Part shown: piece by piece, positions 27,050 to 36,103 of the stretch
Position numbering within the stretch: position 1 is the first letter of the stretch
Layout: each line of letters starts with the position of its first letter
Origin: Turneriella sp.
Lineage (GTDB): Bacteria; Spirochaetota; Leptospiria; Turneriellales; Turneriellaceae
Reading direction: 5' to 3'
NCBI GenBank assembly: GCA_965279515.1
Contig: CBDIID010000003.1
Span: 1,792,001-1,856,000 of the forward strand
Length of the DNA: 64,000 nt
Notes under the pieces: model-generated
What the model was told of the DNA's origin: nothing
Database searches by the model: none
The model's input: only the letters and a program-made list of their open reading frames with translations
Translations under genes and position numbers: made by a program

Positions 27050-28271
27050 AAAATTCACTCCGGGAATTTTCGGCAAGTTTCTGATTCTCATGCTCGCAAC
27101 GGGTGCCGTCATCTCTGCGCTGCTCGGTCTCTACTGGCGCAACATCGCCCAGCCGCAGTACCGCAGCGAATTCCACAGCCATATTGAATATTACCAGCAG
27201 CTGCTCGTCAGGGACCTGGGCTCTCCACCCGACAGGAAAAAAGCCGAGGACATCGGCCAGAGATTGCATATCGGCATTCGTTATGAGAGCGGTGCCGACG
27301 CTGAAGAAAACTGGCAGACTTCCCTGTTTCCGCAAACCTTTGAGGAAAAAAACACCAATAAAATCCGCCGCGGTCAATCCCTGGCTGCAATGCCGATACC
27401 CGGCGGCAGATTACTGCTGTATATGCGTTTCAGACAAGAAATCGAAACTTCGCATATTCTCGCCGTCATCGGCATCGTGACCATGGCTCTTTTTATCGCC
27501 TGGTTGATTTCGCGCTACTTGCTACGGCCGGTGCGCGAACTCAGGGCCGGAATGGCGGCCATCGAAAAGGGCCGGCTCGACCTGCGCCTTCAAATCCGCG
27601 GCAACGACGAGCTTGCTGATCTCCAGCGTAATTTCAACAGTATGACGCAGAATCTCGAAAGCATGTTGCGCGACCGCGATCGTTTGCTCGCGGATGTCAG
27701 CCATGAACTGCGCTCGCCTCTCACGCGCATGAAGGTGGCGCTCGAATTTAATAGCGATAAAAAAACCAGCAAAAGGCTGCGCGATGAAATTTCAGGGATG
27801 CAGACCATCATCACGGCGCTACTCGATACTGAACGTTTGGCCGCGGGAGAGAACACAGACACTGTTTCCGTCAGAGATATTCTGTCGGAACTTTGCCGTG
27901 AACACAAAATACAATTTAACGGTAATCAGACCGCAGCGAATGTCACTGGCAGCCGTGAAAAACTGAAGATTGCAATCCGCAACGTCATCGAAAATGCGAA
28001 GAAACACGGCTCAAAACCGATGGCTGTCTCCTGTGAGACCGATGGCAGCTATGCCATCATCCGCGTCACCGACTCAGGCAAGGGAATTGCCGAAGCCGAA
28101 CGCGAAAAAATATTTCGGCCGTTTTACCGCGCCCCCGGTGCTGCAAAAAGCGGCTATGGCCTGGGTCTCTATATGGCGATGAAAATTACCGAAAGCATGC
28201 GCGGACAGATATATGTTTCGCAAGCCGGCAAAGGAACGGCGATAGAAATTCGCCTGCCCCTGTCGCCCTGA
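27030..28271 (+). CDS. HAMP sensor histidine kinase
   Basis: Two TM segments, HAMP, SHELRSPL, ENAKKH, DSGKG, GYGLGL. Confidence 0.93.
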   Translation: MPLSLVKKFTPGIFGKFLILMLATGAVISALLGLYWRNIAQPQYRSEFHSHIEYYQQLLVRDLGSPPDRKKAEDIGQRLHIGIRYESGADAEENWQTSLFPQTFEEKNTNKIRRGQSLAAMPIPGGRLLLYMRFRQEIETSHILAVIGIVTMALFIAWLISRYLLRPVRELRAGMAAIEKGRLDLRLQIRGNDELADLQRNFNSMTQNLESMLRDRDRLLADVSHELRSPLTRMKVALEFNSDKKTSKRLRDEISGMQTIITALLDTERLAAGENTDTVSVRDILSELCREHKIQFNGNQTAANVTGSREKLKIAIRNVIENAKKHGSKPMAVSCETDGSYAIIRVTDSGKGIAEAEREKIFRPFYRAPGAAKSGYGLGLYMAMKITESMRGQIYVSQAGKGTAIEIRLPLSP

Positions 28272-28272
28272 C

Positions 28273-29094
28273 CTACGGCGCCTCTACGGGCGCAAAGCGT
28301 ACAATATCTTCCGTCGCAATCTGCGCCACCTTGCCGCCCAGAATTTCCACTTTATGTATGCGTGCATCGCGGCTTATCGGGTGTGCGAAAAACACTTCAC
28401 CGTTTTGCAACTCATAGCGGTAAAGCAGCCTCTCCGCTTTCGCTTGCGCTTTTTTTATCTGGTGGGATGTCTCGCTGAACTCAAAGCGCGCGGGTGCGAC
28501 GAGCAGAACTGGCTCCGCCCCCGGAGAAGATTTCATATCGATGCGCAGCCTGCCTTCCGTCAGGTTGATACTGCCGCGCTTCGCCGAGGTATCGAACGTG
28601 AACTCGGTGCCCGTGATCGTCACCGTCACGAGTGGGTGCTCAATCTGCATATCGACTTTTTGCCGCAGCCGGAAATCCGCCTTGAGCTTGCTGGTAAGAA
28701 TACGAATCTTGCCGCCCTCTTCTTTCAGCGTCGCAGCACCGCTGAGAAACCGGATCTCGCGCTTTTCGGTTTTGTAGACATCGCCCTGCCTGAAGGAACG
28801 CTCAGCTTTCACGACCGGCACGTCGGGCTGTTTCACCGGATCACTTTGCCGCAGGTAAAGCACGACAGCAAAAATAAGCAGCGCAAAAACCGGCGTCAGC
28901 CGCCAGGCCCAAAAACCCGAAGTGCGCGCAGGCTTCTGGATTTGCAAGCGTGGCGGCTTTGCTGCGGAAAACTCGCCGCGGATCTGTTTTTTAAAATCGT
29001 CCCAGGGTTTTGATGCCTGCGGCGCTTTCCCCCGCACGAGGCCTTCGGCCGCCAGCATTTCACGGATGCGCCGTTTGCGCTCTGCGGAACTCAT
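28273..29094 (-). CDS. FecR-like transmembrane anti-sigma factor
   Basis: Single TM; ITGTEF and LTEGRL FecR-like strands; overlaps the sigma stop. Confidence 0.75.
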   Translation of the reverse strand: MSSAERKRRIREMLAAEGLVRGKAPQASKPWDDFKKQIRGEFSAAKPPRLQIQKPARTSGFWAWRLTPVFALLIFAVVLYLRQSDPVKQPDVPVVKAERSFRQGDVYKTEKREIRFLSGAATLKEEGGKIRILTSKLKADFRLRQKVDMQIEHPLVTVTITGTEFTFDTSAKRGSINLTEGRLRIDMKSSPGAEPVLLVAPARFEFSETSHQIKKAQAKAERLLYRYELQNGEVFFAHPISRDARIHKVEILGGKVAQIATEDIVRFAPVEAP

Positions 29095-29681
29095 GCGCGG
29101 CCCTCCTTAAATTCTGCATACAGTGGCTCGAGTTTCACGATGGCGCGCCGCATACGACTTTCCACAGCCTCGACGCTGAGACCCAGCGTGTCGGCGATTT
29201 CTTTATAGCTGAAATCCTGAAAGCGCAATAGCGCGACCTCGCGGTACTTTTCGGGTAGAGCCCCGAGCACGCGGTTGAGTAAGGTCTGTTCTTCACTCTG
29301 CAATAACAACTCTTCGGGGGTCGGTGTGGCGCGAGGCACAGGCATGGTTCGACTACGCTCACCAACCAATGCACTATATTCCTGGGCGCGCTTGCGCAAG
29401 AAATAAGAGGCGCTGTTACGGATGATGCCGAAAAACCAGTAACGCGGGTTATGGCTCGTGAGATACTCGTCAAACCGCGCCAGCGCCAGTTCAAAACTGT
29501 GGATTAACACGTCGTAGGCGTCGTCGGCATTGCGGATCACGCGCGTCAGGTAGCCATGCGCCATGCCATAATGCTCGGTATAGAATTTCTCAAATTCACG
29601 GTTTTTTTCCGCGCTCAGGGGTGCTGTTGCCGTGCTTTGCAAAATGATTTTCCCGCGGCCCACGATCGGTGATGGCTGCAT
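29091..29681 (-). CDS. ECF RNA polymerase sigma factor
   Basis: DAYDV..WFFGIIRN; LPEKYREVALLR..SYKEIADTLG..VESRMRRA. Confidence 0.92.
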   Translation of the reverse strand: MQPSPIVGRGKIILQSTATAPLSAEKNREFEKFYTEHYGMAHGYLTRVIRNADDAYDVLIHSFELALARFDEYLTSHNPRYWFFGIIRNSASYFLRKRAQEYSALVGERSRTMPVPRATPTPEELLLQSEEQTLLNRVLGALPEKYREVALLRFQDFSYKEIADTLGLSVEAVESRMRRAIVKLEPLYAEFKEGRA

Positions 29682-29689
29682 GCTCGATA

Positions 29690-29723
29690 TATCGTGACAA
29701 CAAAAGAGGAAATCCGTCAGATT
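29690..29723 (-). promoter_or_regulatory. Autoregulatory ECF promoter
   Basis: AATCTGACGG-N14-TGTCACGATA, 8 nt before the sigma ATG. Confidence 0.8.
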
Positions 29724-29817
29724 ACCCGGATTTTATTGTCGAAAAAAACCGGGGACAACCGTCTAAAATAGTATTGCCGGCCTGTAATTCCGGGAACATC
29801 GTGCCGCTCGCATTCAT

Positions 29818-30297
29818 ATGAGAACCTACATTTTTCCTTCGCTCTGCTTCCTTTTACTCTTCACAGGCTACTGCCGCACGCCGCGCGAACAGGTTTTAAA
29901 GATTGGTGTCGATGAAGGCTGGGTGGATGACACGCGTTATGTCGTCGTCGTTCTCGGCTCGCAAACTTACAACAATGAAGCTGCCAAAGTTGCCTCGCAG
30001 GGCGCCTGCACTCTTGCCGCGGGCCAGATTCAGCAGCGCTTTTCAGAAGCTATCCTCGGTGGCGATATGGAAAAACGCTGCAAGGGCGTTGACCCGGCCG
30101 CAGATTCGTATTGCGACTGGAATTTTCGCCTCGACCCGAAGGTCTTCACCTTCAAGGGTGTTGACGTGAAGCGGCGCCACGATTTCAGCTCGCAGGGCGC
30201 AGTCTGCGAAATAGCCCATGAATTCCGGCATCCCGACCTGAAAAACAAGACCGTGGAATACGCGGCCAAGTTTAGCATAACGCCAGCCGCGCAGTAA
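29818..30297 (+). CDS. Hypothetical lipoprotein
   Basis: Hydrophobic signal ending TGYC. Confidence 0.7.
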   Translation: MRTYIFPSLCFLLLFTGYCRTPREQVLKIGVDEGWVDDTRYVVVVLGSQTYNNEAAKVASQGACTLAAGQIQQRFSEAILGGDMEKRCKGVDPAADSYCDWNFRLDPKVFTFKGVDVKRRHDFSSQGAVCEIAHEFRHPDLKNKTVEYAAKFSITPAAQ

Positions 30298-30335
30298 GCC
30301 GATAATAATTCAGATTCAAATAAGGTTGGAAACCC

Positions 30336-30833
30336 ATGACCCGATTCATAGTATCCCTTTTTCCGATCCTGTCACTGCTTATCTTCATCCATTGCAAATC
30401 GACTCCTAAAATAGAGGAGAAACCGCCCGAGCCGCCGCCGGTCGTGATACCTGAACCTGTCGTAGAAAAACGCGCAGCGCCGGAAATCAAAGAAGAAGAA
30501 ATGGAAGTCGCAGTTCGGCCTTCCCTGAACCTGCGCAGCGCTGCCGGTCTCAGGGGGCGCATTCTCGACAGCATTCCTTACGGTAAAAAGATCACCGTTC
30601 TTGACCGCCTCGACGACGACGAAGACAAAAAAACCAAAAACAAATGGTACAAGGTGAAGTACGAAGGCGAAACCGGTTACGTCAATGCCAAATATCTACG
30701 CGAGACGGGTGATGACCTCGTGGTTAAAGCGCCCAAACGCGTGAAGCGCCGCCGCAAGGCGCGCAAATCCGCGAAGAAAAAGATGACACCGATTCAAGGC
30801 GAAACTGTTGAAGCAACAAAGAAAAAATCTTAG
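30336..30833 (+). CDS. SH3b-domain lipoprotein with Pro-rich linker and basic tail
   Basis: FIHC lipobox; LNLRS, WYKVKYEGETGYVNAKYL. Confidence 0.85.
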   Translation: MTRFIVSLFPILSLLIFIHCKSTPKIEEKPPEPPPVVIPEPVVEKRAAPEIKEEEMEVAVRPSLNLRSAAGLRGRILDSIPYGKKITVLDRLDDDEDKKTKNKWYKVKYEGETGYVNAKYLRETGDDLVVKAPKRVKRRRKARKSAKKKMTPIQGETVEATKKKS

Positions 30834-30837
30834 CCTT

Positions 30838-31278
30838 ATGCTTAAGGCGACAGGCTGTTTTTTATTCGGGCTTGGGTTTTTAACTTCAGGCCTTGCTGCT
30901 GCCGAGAGGGGCGAGCTCGTCACTGCCGTAAAAAAACTCAAGGCAGCTTGCAGCCAGCCTGATTTTGCCCACGCGCCTGCGATTTACCCCAAAGCGGCGG
31001 CGCTGATTGCTTACATGGGGCCTGACAAGGCCAAAAAATATCAGGTGCCGGTAAATTATTCAGTCGCAGAAGAACAAAAGGCAGTGGATTCGGTCTGCAA
31101 CCGCATCAACAACCGCATCGGCGATATTCACACCTGGGCCGAAGTGCAGACGCGAAAAAAGCGCGGCGTCACTTGGCATGCCATTAGCTTTAGGCATACC
31201 ATCAGGAACAAAGAAAAAGAAAACCTGTTCGCCTTCGTCGAGATCGGCGGCAAGCTCTATCTCGGCGATATCGATTGA
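30838..31278 (+). CDS. Hypothetical exported protein
   Basis: Signal peptide; ends YLGDID. Confidence 0.65.
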   Translation: MLKATGCFLFGLGFLTSGLAAAERGELVTAVKKLKAACSQPDFAHAPAIYPKAAALIAYMGPDKAKKYQVPVNYSVAEEQKAVDSVCNRINNRIGDIHTWAEVQTRKKRGVTWHAISFRHTIRNKEKENLFAFVEIGGKLYLGDID

Positions 31279-31285
31279 CGGCGCT

Positions 31286-31525
31286 TCACGTTTGCAGACG
31301 GGTAAGCTGCTCACCCAGCCGTTTTAAATCATCCAGAAGTCCCGTAGGCACAGGTTTAATCGCATGCCCCAGTGTATTGGCATCGTCGATGAGATCGAGA
31401 ATGAGTTTTTTATTGGCAAAGCGCTTCGACTGCGGCCAGCGCATAAATTCATTTTTAAATTCGGCCGCTTTGGAATCGACTAAAGCAACGATTTTATTGA
31501 GCGCCGAAATCTGTTCTGATGACAT
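31286..31525 (-). CDS. Hypothetical protein
   Basis: ATG ORF filling the gap downstream of the TrmH gene. Confidence 0.6.
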   Translation of the reverse strand: MSSEQISALNKIVALVDSKAAEFKNEFMRWPQSKRFANKKLILDLIDDANTLGHAIKPVPTGLLDDLKRLGEQLTRLQT

Positions 31526-31548
31526 AGTATAACTAAAGCCCCGCTCAG

Positions 31549-32394
31549 TTACGCTGTCAAGGTTAAGTCCTGCCGCGTCCCGCGTTGCTGCGTCGCTTCA
31601 TAAAGAAACACGGCCGTCGCCGCTGCCACATTTAAGGAATTCATATGCGTCGGCATCACAATCTGCGCGGCATCATTGCAGGCTGAAATGACCGCGGCGC
31701 TGAGCCCCGGTCCCTCGGCGCCGAAGACGAGGCAAGAATCGCCGCGCAGATCCACATCGGACAATTTCGCCGCATCCGGGTTGAGGTGAGCCGCCACGCA
31801 GCGCACGCCGTCCGCGCGCAGCTTTGTCAGTGTTGCCACCAGATTATCCGCGCGCACAACCTTTTGTTCGAAAATGCTGCCCATCGAGCCCGAAACCGCG
31901 CGGCGCTGAAAAGGACTCACGCAGGTTTCGCCGACGATCAGAAAATGCACTCCAAACGCGGCGCATCCTCTCACAATGGCACCCAGATTCTCCGCGCTCG
32001 CTATGCCTTCGACAGCGGCGATGAGCAGCGGACGCGGCGACCTAACCAGCAGTTCGTCCAAGGTCGGCTGCGGCGGAACCTTGCCCACAGCCATCGCGCC
32101 CTGGTGTAAATGATAACCGGCGATCGTTCCTAGCAGCGGCTTCTCGCCCACGTACACGGCGATCTCTTTTTCGGGACGCGCCCGCATGGATACTTCGAGT
32201 TTTTCGAGCCAGGCAGGCGTGAGCAGCGCGGAAACGACCTCAAAACTACTCGCGAGTAGCCGCTGCACGACTTTCACATTGGTCGCAACCAGCACGCCGG
32301 CGCGTTCATGTTCTTCGGTCCGGTGCAGCGTGCGGTATAACTCGAGTTCAGGAGCGTCGAGTGATTCGATGGGCGTAACGAGCAGTTTTGCCAT
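31549..32394 (-). CDS. TrmH/SpoU family RNA methyltransferase
   Basis: ENLGAIVR, FGAEGPGL, NSLNVAAA. Confidence 0.93.
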   Translation of the reverse strand: MAKLLVTPIESLDAPELELYRTLHRTEEHERAGVLVATNVKVVQRLLASSFEVVSALLTPAWLEKLEVSMRARPEKEIAVYVGEKPLLGTIAGYHLHQGAMAVGKVPPQPTLDELLVRSPRPLLIAAVEGIASAENLGAIVRGCAAFGVHFLIVGETCVSPFQRRAVSGSMGSIFEQKVVRADNLVATLTKLRADGVRCVAAHLNPDAAKLSDVDLRGDSCLVFGAEGPGLSAAVISACNDAAQIVMPTHMNSLNVAAATAVFLYEATQQRGTRQDLTLTA

Positions 32395-32397
32395 GCC

Positions 32398-33144
32398 CTA
32401 AGTCATGCGTATGCCCGCGTCGAGGCGAATCACTTCGCCGTTGAGATAGGTGTTCTCAAAAATGTGCTGCACCAAAAGTGCGAACTCCGGCGGGCGGCCC
32501 ATACGGTTGGGGAACGGAATTGTTTCGACGAGTTCCTCGGACGCCTTTTCGGGCAGGCGGGCAACCAGCGGCGTCTCGAACGCGCCCGGCGCGATCGCCA
32601 TCACACGAAACCCATACTGCGCCATCTCGCGCGCCAGGGGTAGTGTCATACTGGCGACGCCGCCTTTCGATGCAGAATAAGGCGCCTGCCCGACCTTGCC
32701 GTCGAATGCAGCGACCGATGCGACGTTGATGAACACGCCACGCTCGCCATCCTCATTGGGGTTTTGTTTGCTCATCGGCGTCGAGGCGATGCTGACGACG
32801 TTATAGGTACCCATGAGATTGACTTCAATGATTTGCCGCGCCGCTTCGAGCGCACCAAATTTTCTACGCGACACTGTTTTCACGACATTGCCGATACCCG
32901 CGCAATTGACGACGCCGTAGAGGCCGCCAAATTTGCTGAACGCGAGATCGACCGCCGCCTGAACCTGGTCGGGGTCGGTCACACTGGTCTTGATAAACAC
33001 GACTTCAGGGGGAGTGCTTGCGTCGGGTGTGCCTAAATCCGCATTGATGACATTGCCCCCCTCGGCGGCGAGGCGTTTGACTGTCGCAAGGCCCAGCCCC
33101 GAACTACCCCCCGTCACGAGAAAGGTGCTGCCGCGGATTTTCAT
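32398..33144 (-). CDS. SDR, type II 3-hydroxyacyl-CoA dehydrogenase (HSD10-like)
   Basis: TGGSSGLG, ERGV, YSASK, MTLPLARE, LNGEVIRLD. Confidence 0.92.
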   Translation of the reverse strand: MKIRGSTFLVTGGSSGLGLATVKRLAAEGGNVINADLGTPDASTPPEVVFIKTSVTDPDQVQAAVDLAFSKFGGLYGVVNCAGIGNVVKTVSRRKFGALEAARQIIEVNLMGTYNVVSIASTPMSKQNPNEDGERGVFINVASVAAFDGKVGQAPYSASKGGVASMTLPLAREMAQYGFRVMAIAPGAFETPLVARLPEKASEELVETIPFPNRMGRPPEFALLVQHIFENTYLNGEVIRLDAGIRMT

Positions 33145-33240
33145 AGGGAAGGCTCTTTGGTGCGCCGCAAAGCGTCAAAACTATTCCGACTTTTTGGCCC
33201 CCTGTGAACTACCGTACACCATCTAATATAGATAGATAAT

Positions 33241-33936
33241 ATGTTGGATATAGAGCTCTCCGATAAACAGAACAGTGATATCGAAAATGGCAAGAAGCTG
33301 TTCATTAAGGCCTACGGCATGGTCCGTACGACCGAAGATTTCCTGCGCACTGCTGTAAGGCGCATCATGGGCAGATTTAAGCGCCCCGATCTCGCTCCCG
33401 CCATTGAAATCATTCTCAAAGAGCTGACCATGAATGCCGCCAAGGCGAACTTCAAGAAAGTCTTCTTTCTCGAAAACCGGCTCAATATTGATAACCCCAC
33501 AGATTATGAAGAAGGCATGACTCTGTTCCGCGACTCGATGTCTGAAACCATGTTCCTGGATTATGGCCGCAAGGCGCGCGAGGCCAATCTCAGCGTGCTC
33601 ATTTCACTCGACTACGACGATGACCGCGTCGTGGTCGAGGTACGCAATAACGTGCCGATGTCACCTGACGAAGAAAAGCGCGCCCGGGAAAAGCTGCGGG
33701 TCGCGATGGGCTCGAACGACCTGACGCAACTCTTTGTCGACAACATCGACGAAAGTGAAGGCGCAGGGCTGGGCCTCATGCTGTGCCTTACGACGCTGCG
33801 CTCTTCTGCCATCGACCCACGTATGCTCTCGATTGCGACCGACTTCGAAAAAGAAACCATCGCACGCGTGGAAATCCCCCTGCACGAAAACTACATTCCC
33901 ATGCGCATGCGTTGGGCACCCGTGCTCGCCGTCTAA
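33241..33936 (+). CDS. Hypothetical protein with HATPase_c-like fold
   Basis: ELTMNAAKAN (N-box) and ESEGAGLGL (G-box); no H-box. Confidence 0.7.
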   Translation: MLDIELSDKQNSDIENGKKLFIKAYGMVRTTEDFLRTAVRRIMGRFKRPDLAPAIEIILKELTMNAAKANFKKVFFLENRLNIDNPTDYEEGMTLFRDSMSETMFLDYGRKAREANLSVLISLDYDDDRVVVEVRNNVPMSPDEEKRAREKLRVAMGSNDLTQLFVDNIDESEGAGLGLMLCLTTLRSSAIDPRMLSIATDFEKETIARVEIPLHENYIPMRMRWAPVLAV

Positions 33937-34004
33937 AGCGGATTCGATTGACACCGTCGCTTGCCATGGAATCGGCGAGCTTATTTTGCAGATTAAGGAC
34001 TACG

Positions 34005-34907
34005 ATGTTTAAAAGGAAAAATCATTTACTGTTACCGGCGTTGCTGCTGGTCACGGGTCTCACGGCGTGCAAGCAGGCCACGGCAGAAGGTGATCCGACG
34101 ATGCAGATCTGGAACCGGAACAAAGCCCTGCTGCTGCAAAATATCGCCGCGGTCGTCGACGGCAATGACGGTTTGCGCGGATTTTCTCCCGCAAAAACGA
34201 CCCTCAACGTATTTGATTTCGACCATACCCTTTCGGACAATACCACGAAAGTACCCGTCGTCACCGCCGCGGGTGCCACCAAAGCCCTCGACTCCAAATG
34301 TATTCTGCTCAGCGAGGGCGATAAGCCCGATTATTCGGTCTTTGACAACGAAAATGTTTATACGACCGCCCCCGTACAGCCGTCGCTCGCACGCCTGCGC
34401 GGCTACGTAAAAGATGCCACATACTGGAACGTGGTGCTGACTGCGCGCGGCGGCCGCCGTACCTTTCCGATGATACAGGAATACCTCTGGCAGCGCGGCG
34501 GCGAACCCGATGTCGTGATCGCGGCAAATTTCCCGCCCTTCCACAAAAGCCTGTGGGAGAAAATTGAATACCCCGGCGATCTGAAGAAACTGCCGCGCGG
34601 CGCAAAAAAAAGCCTGCTGATTGCTGCGCTCGTCGAGCTGGCAAAAACACGCGGCGCCAAACTCGAGAAGCTGAGGTACTTCGAAGACACCGACGAATAT
34701 CTCGCGGGCACTATGGTGCTGCTGCCGCGCCTGTTTCCTGAATTAAAGTTCGAATTTTTCGACTATGTGCGCAAGATAGAAAACGGCAAAGCGAAATATG
34801 CCGAAGTCGCTGTGGCGACCTCTGAAGCGGGAAAACTCTCTAAAGCCGACGGCACCGCGTTGACGACAGCCGCCGAATACGACAGCGGCGATTGTCCGAA
34901 ACAGTAA
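34005..34907 (+). CDS. Lipoprotein with HAD-like phosphatase motifs
   Basis: AAGGA RBS, LTAC lipobox; VFDFDHTL, LTAR, FED. Confidence 0.72.
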   Translation: MFKRKNHLLLPALLLVTGLTACKQATAEGDPTMQIWNRNKALLLQNIAAVVDGNDGLRGFSPAKTTLNVFDFDHTLSDNTTKVPVVTAAGATKALDSKCILLSEGDKPDYSVFDNENVYTTAPVQPSLARLRGYVKDATYWNVVLTARGGRRTFPMIQEYLWQRGGEPDVVIAANFPPFHKSLWEKIEYPGDLKKLPRGAKKSLLIAALVELAKTRGAKLEKLRYFEDTDEYLAGTMVLLPRLFPELKFEFFDYVRKIENGKAKYAEVAVATSEAGKLSKADGTALTTAAEYDSGDCPKQ

Positions 34908-34908
34908 A

Positions 34909-35319
34909 TTAAAGCGGCTGCCAGCCGAGCGCCGCCGCTGCCTCGTCTGAAATCCGCCTGACCTTGCCCGAAGTCTTGTCGACGCAGACATAATCAATCT
35001 TGCCCGAACAGAGCAATGCGCTGGCGCGAACCATGCGAAACTGCCAGTGTACGGTCGCACCCGAATAGGTTGGCGTCAGTTCTATGACCAGTTCGTCGTC
35101 GCTGCGTGCGGGTGCTTTGTAATCGAGCTCTGCATGCGATACATGAAAATCGAGACCATATCGGGCGACGAAATCGTGGTACGAGATTCCCTTGGCGCGG
35201 AAGTATTCGGTCACGGCGACGTCGAAATAGTTGAGATAGTTCGCATTGAAGACAATGCCCTGGGCATCCACTTCGGAATAGCGCACCCGCAGCGGAAATG
35301 AAAACACCGGATTCTCCAT
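34909..35319 (-). CDS. YbgC/4-HBT family acyl-CoA thioesterase
   Basis: RVRYSEVDAQGIVFNANYLNYF. Confidence 0.92.
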   Translation of the reverse strand: MENPVFSFPLRVRYSEVDAQGIVFNANYLNYFDVAVTEYFRAKGISYHDFVARYGLDFHVSHAELDYKAPARSDDELVIELTPTYSGATVHWQFRMVRASALLCSGKIDYVCVDKTSGKVRRISDEAAAALGWQPL

Positions 35320-35404
35320 AGGCAACGAAAATTTTATGCGGCGCTGGTTCGGCAAGCTTCAAACCAGCTTGACATGCCGTACGATCCACAGCCTGAACGC
35401 CGTT

Positions 35405-36103
35405 ATGAAATTTTTTCCGGTTTTGTTCGGCGTTTTGGTTTCGGCCTTGAGTGCCGCCCCCGAGGGCGAAGCGCTCAAGGCGCATCTGCAAAAACAACAG
35501 TTTGTGAGTGCCCCCGACGGCAACAACAGTGAAATAAAGTTTGAAGGCGACAAAATCGAAATGCAGGTGTTCGGGCCCGGCGGTATAGCCTGCTCGGGCA
35601 CATTTTCTGTCAGCGGCAAAACCATTCAGATCAAACTTTCTGCCGCCCAAGCGAACAATGAATGCGCGATCAATACCGATAAATGTACGTTTCTGAAAAC
35701 TCCCGATTCACCGGTCGCTATCGAAGCCCTGCGCTGTGGAAAAGACCTTTTTTTCAACCAGAACAAGGCGCCGCAACCAGGCAAAACCATACAGATCGAC
35801 GGAACTGCCGCTATCATTTCGAAGCCAGTCAAAAGCGAACTCACCACGGCTGCGGTATTTCGAAAAAAACCGGCAAAAAGCGGCGCGGCAATAAAATGCC
35901 AATTTGTCACCGCAGACATGAGCGGCACCGCTAAACCCGGGTTACCGCCGGGGTTTACGGTCTATGCGCGCACCAAAGAGAAAGTGAAAGTCGATAAGTG
36001 GGAGAACTATTGGTATTATGTTTTTTCACCCAGTTACGATACACAGATCTGCGATAGCCCATTCGGCTGGGTGTTCGCGGAATTTGTCCGCCCTTCGAAA
36101 TAA
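35405..36103 (+). CDS. Exported protein with C-terminal SH3-like domain
   Basis: Signal MKFFPVLFGVLVSALSA; WENYWYYV...GWVFAEFV. Confidence 0.7.
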   Translation: MKFFPVLFGVLVSALSAAPEGEALKAHLQKQQFVSAPDGNNSEIKFEGDKIEMQVFGPGGIACSGTFSVSGKTIQIKLSAAQANNECAINTDKCTFLKTPDSPVAIEALRCGKDLFFNQNKAPQPGKTIQIDGTAAIISKPVKSELTTAAVFRKKPAKSGAAIKCQFVTADMSGTAKPGLPPGFTVYARTKEKVKVDKWENYWYYVFSPSYDTQICDSPFGWVFAEFVRPSK

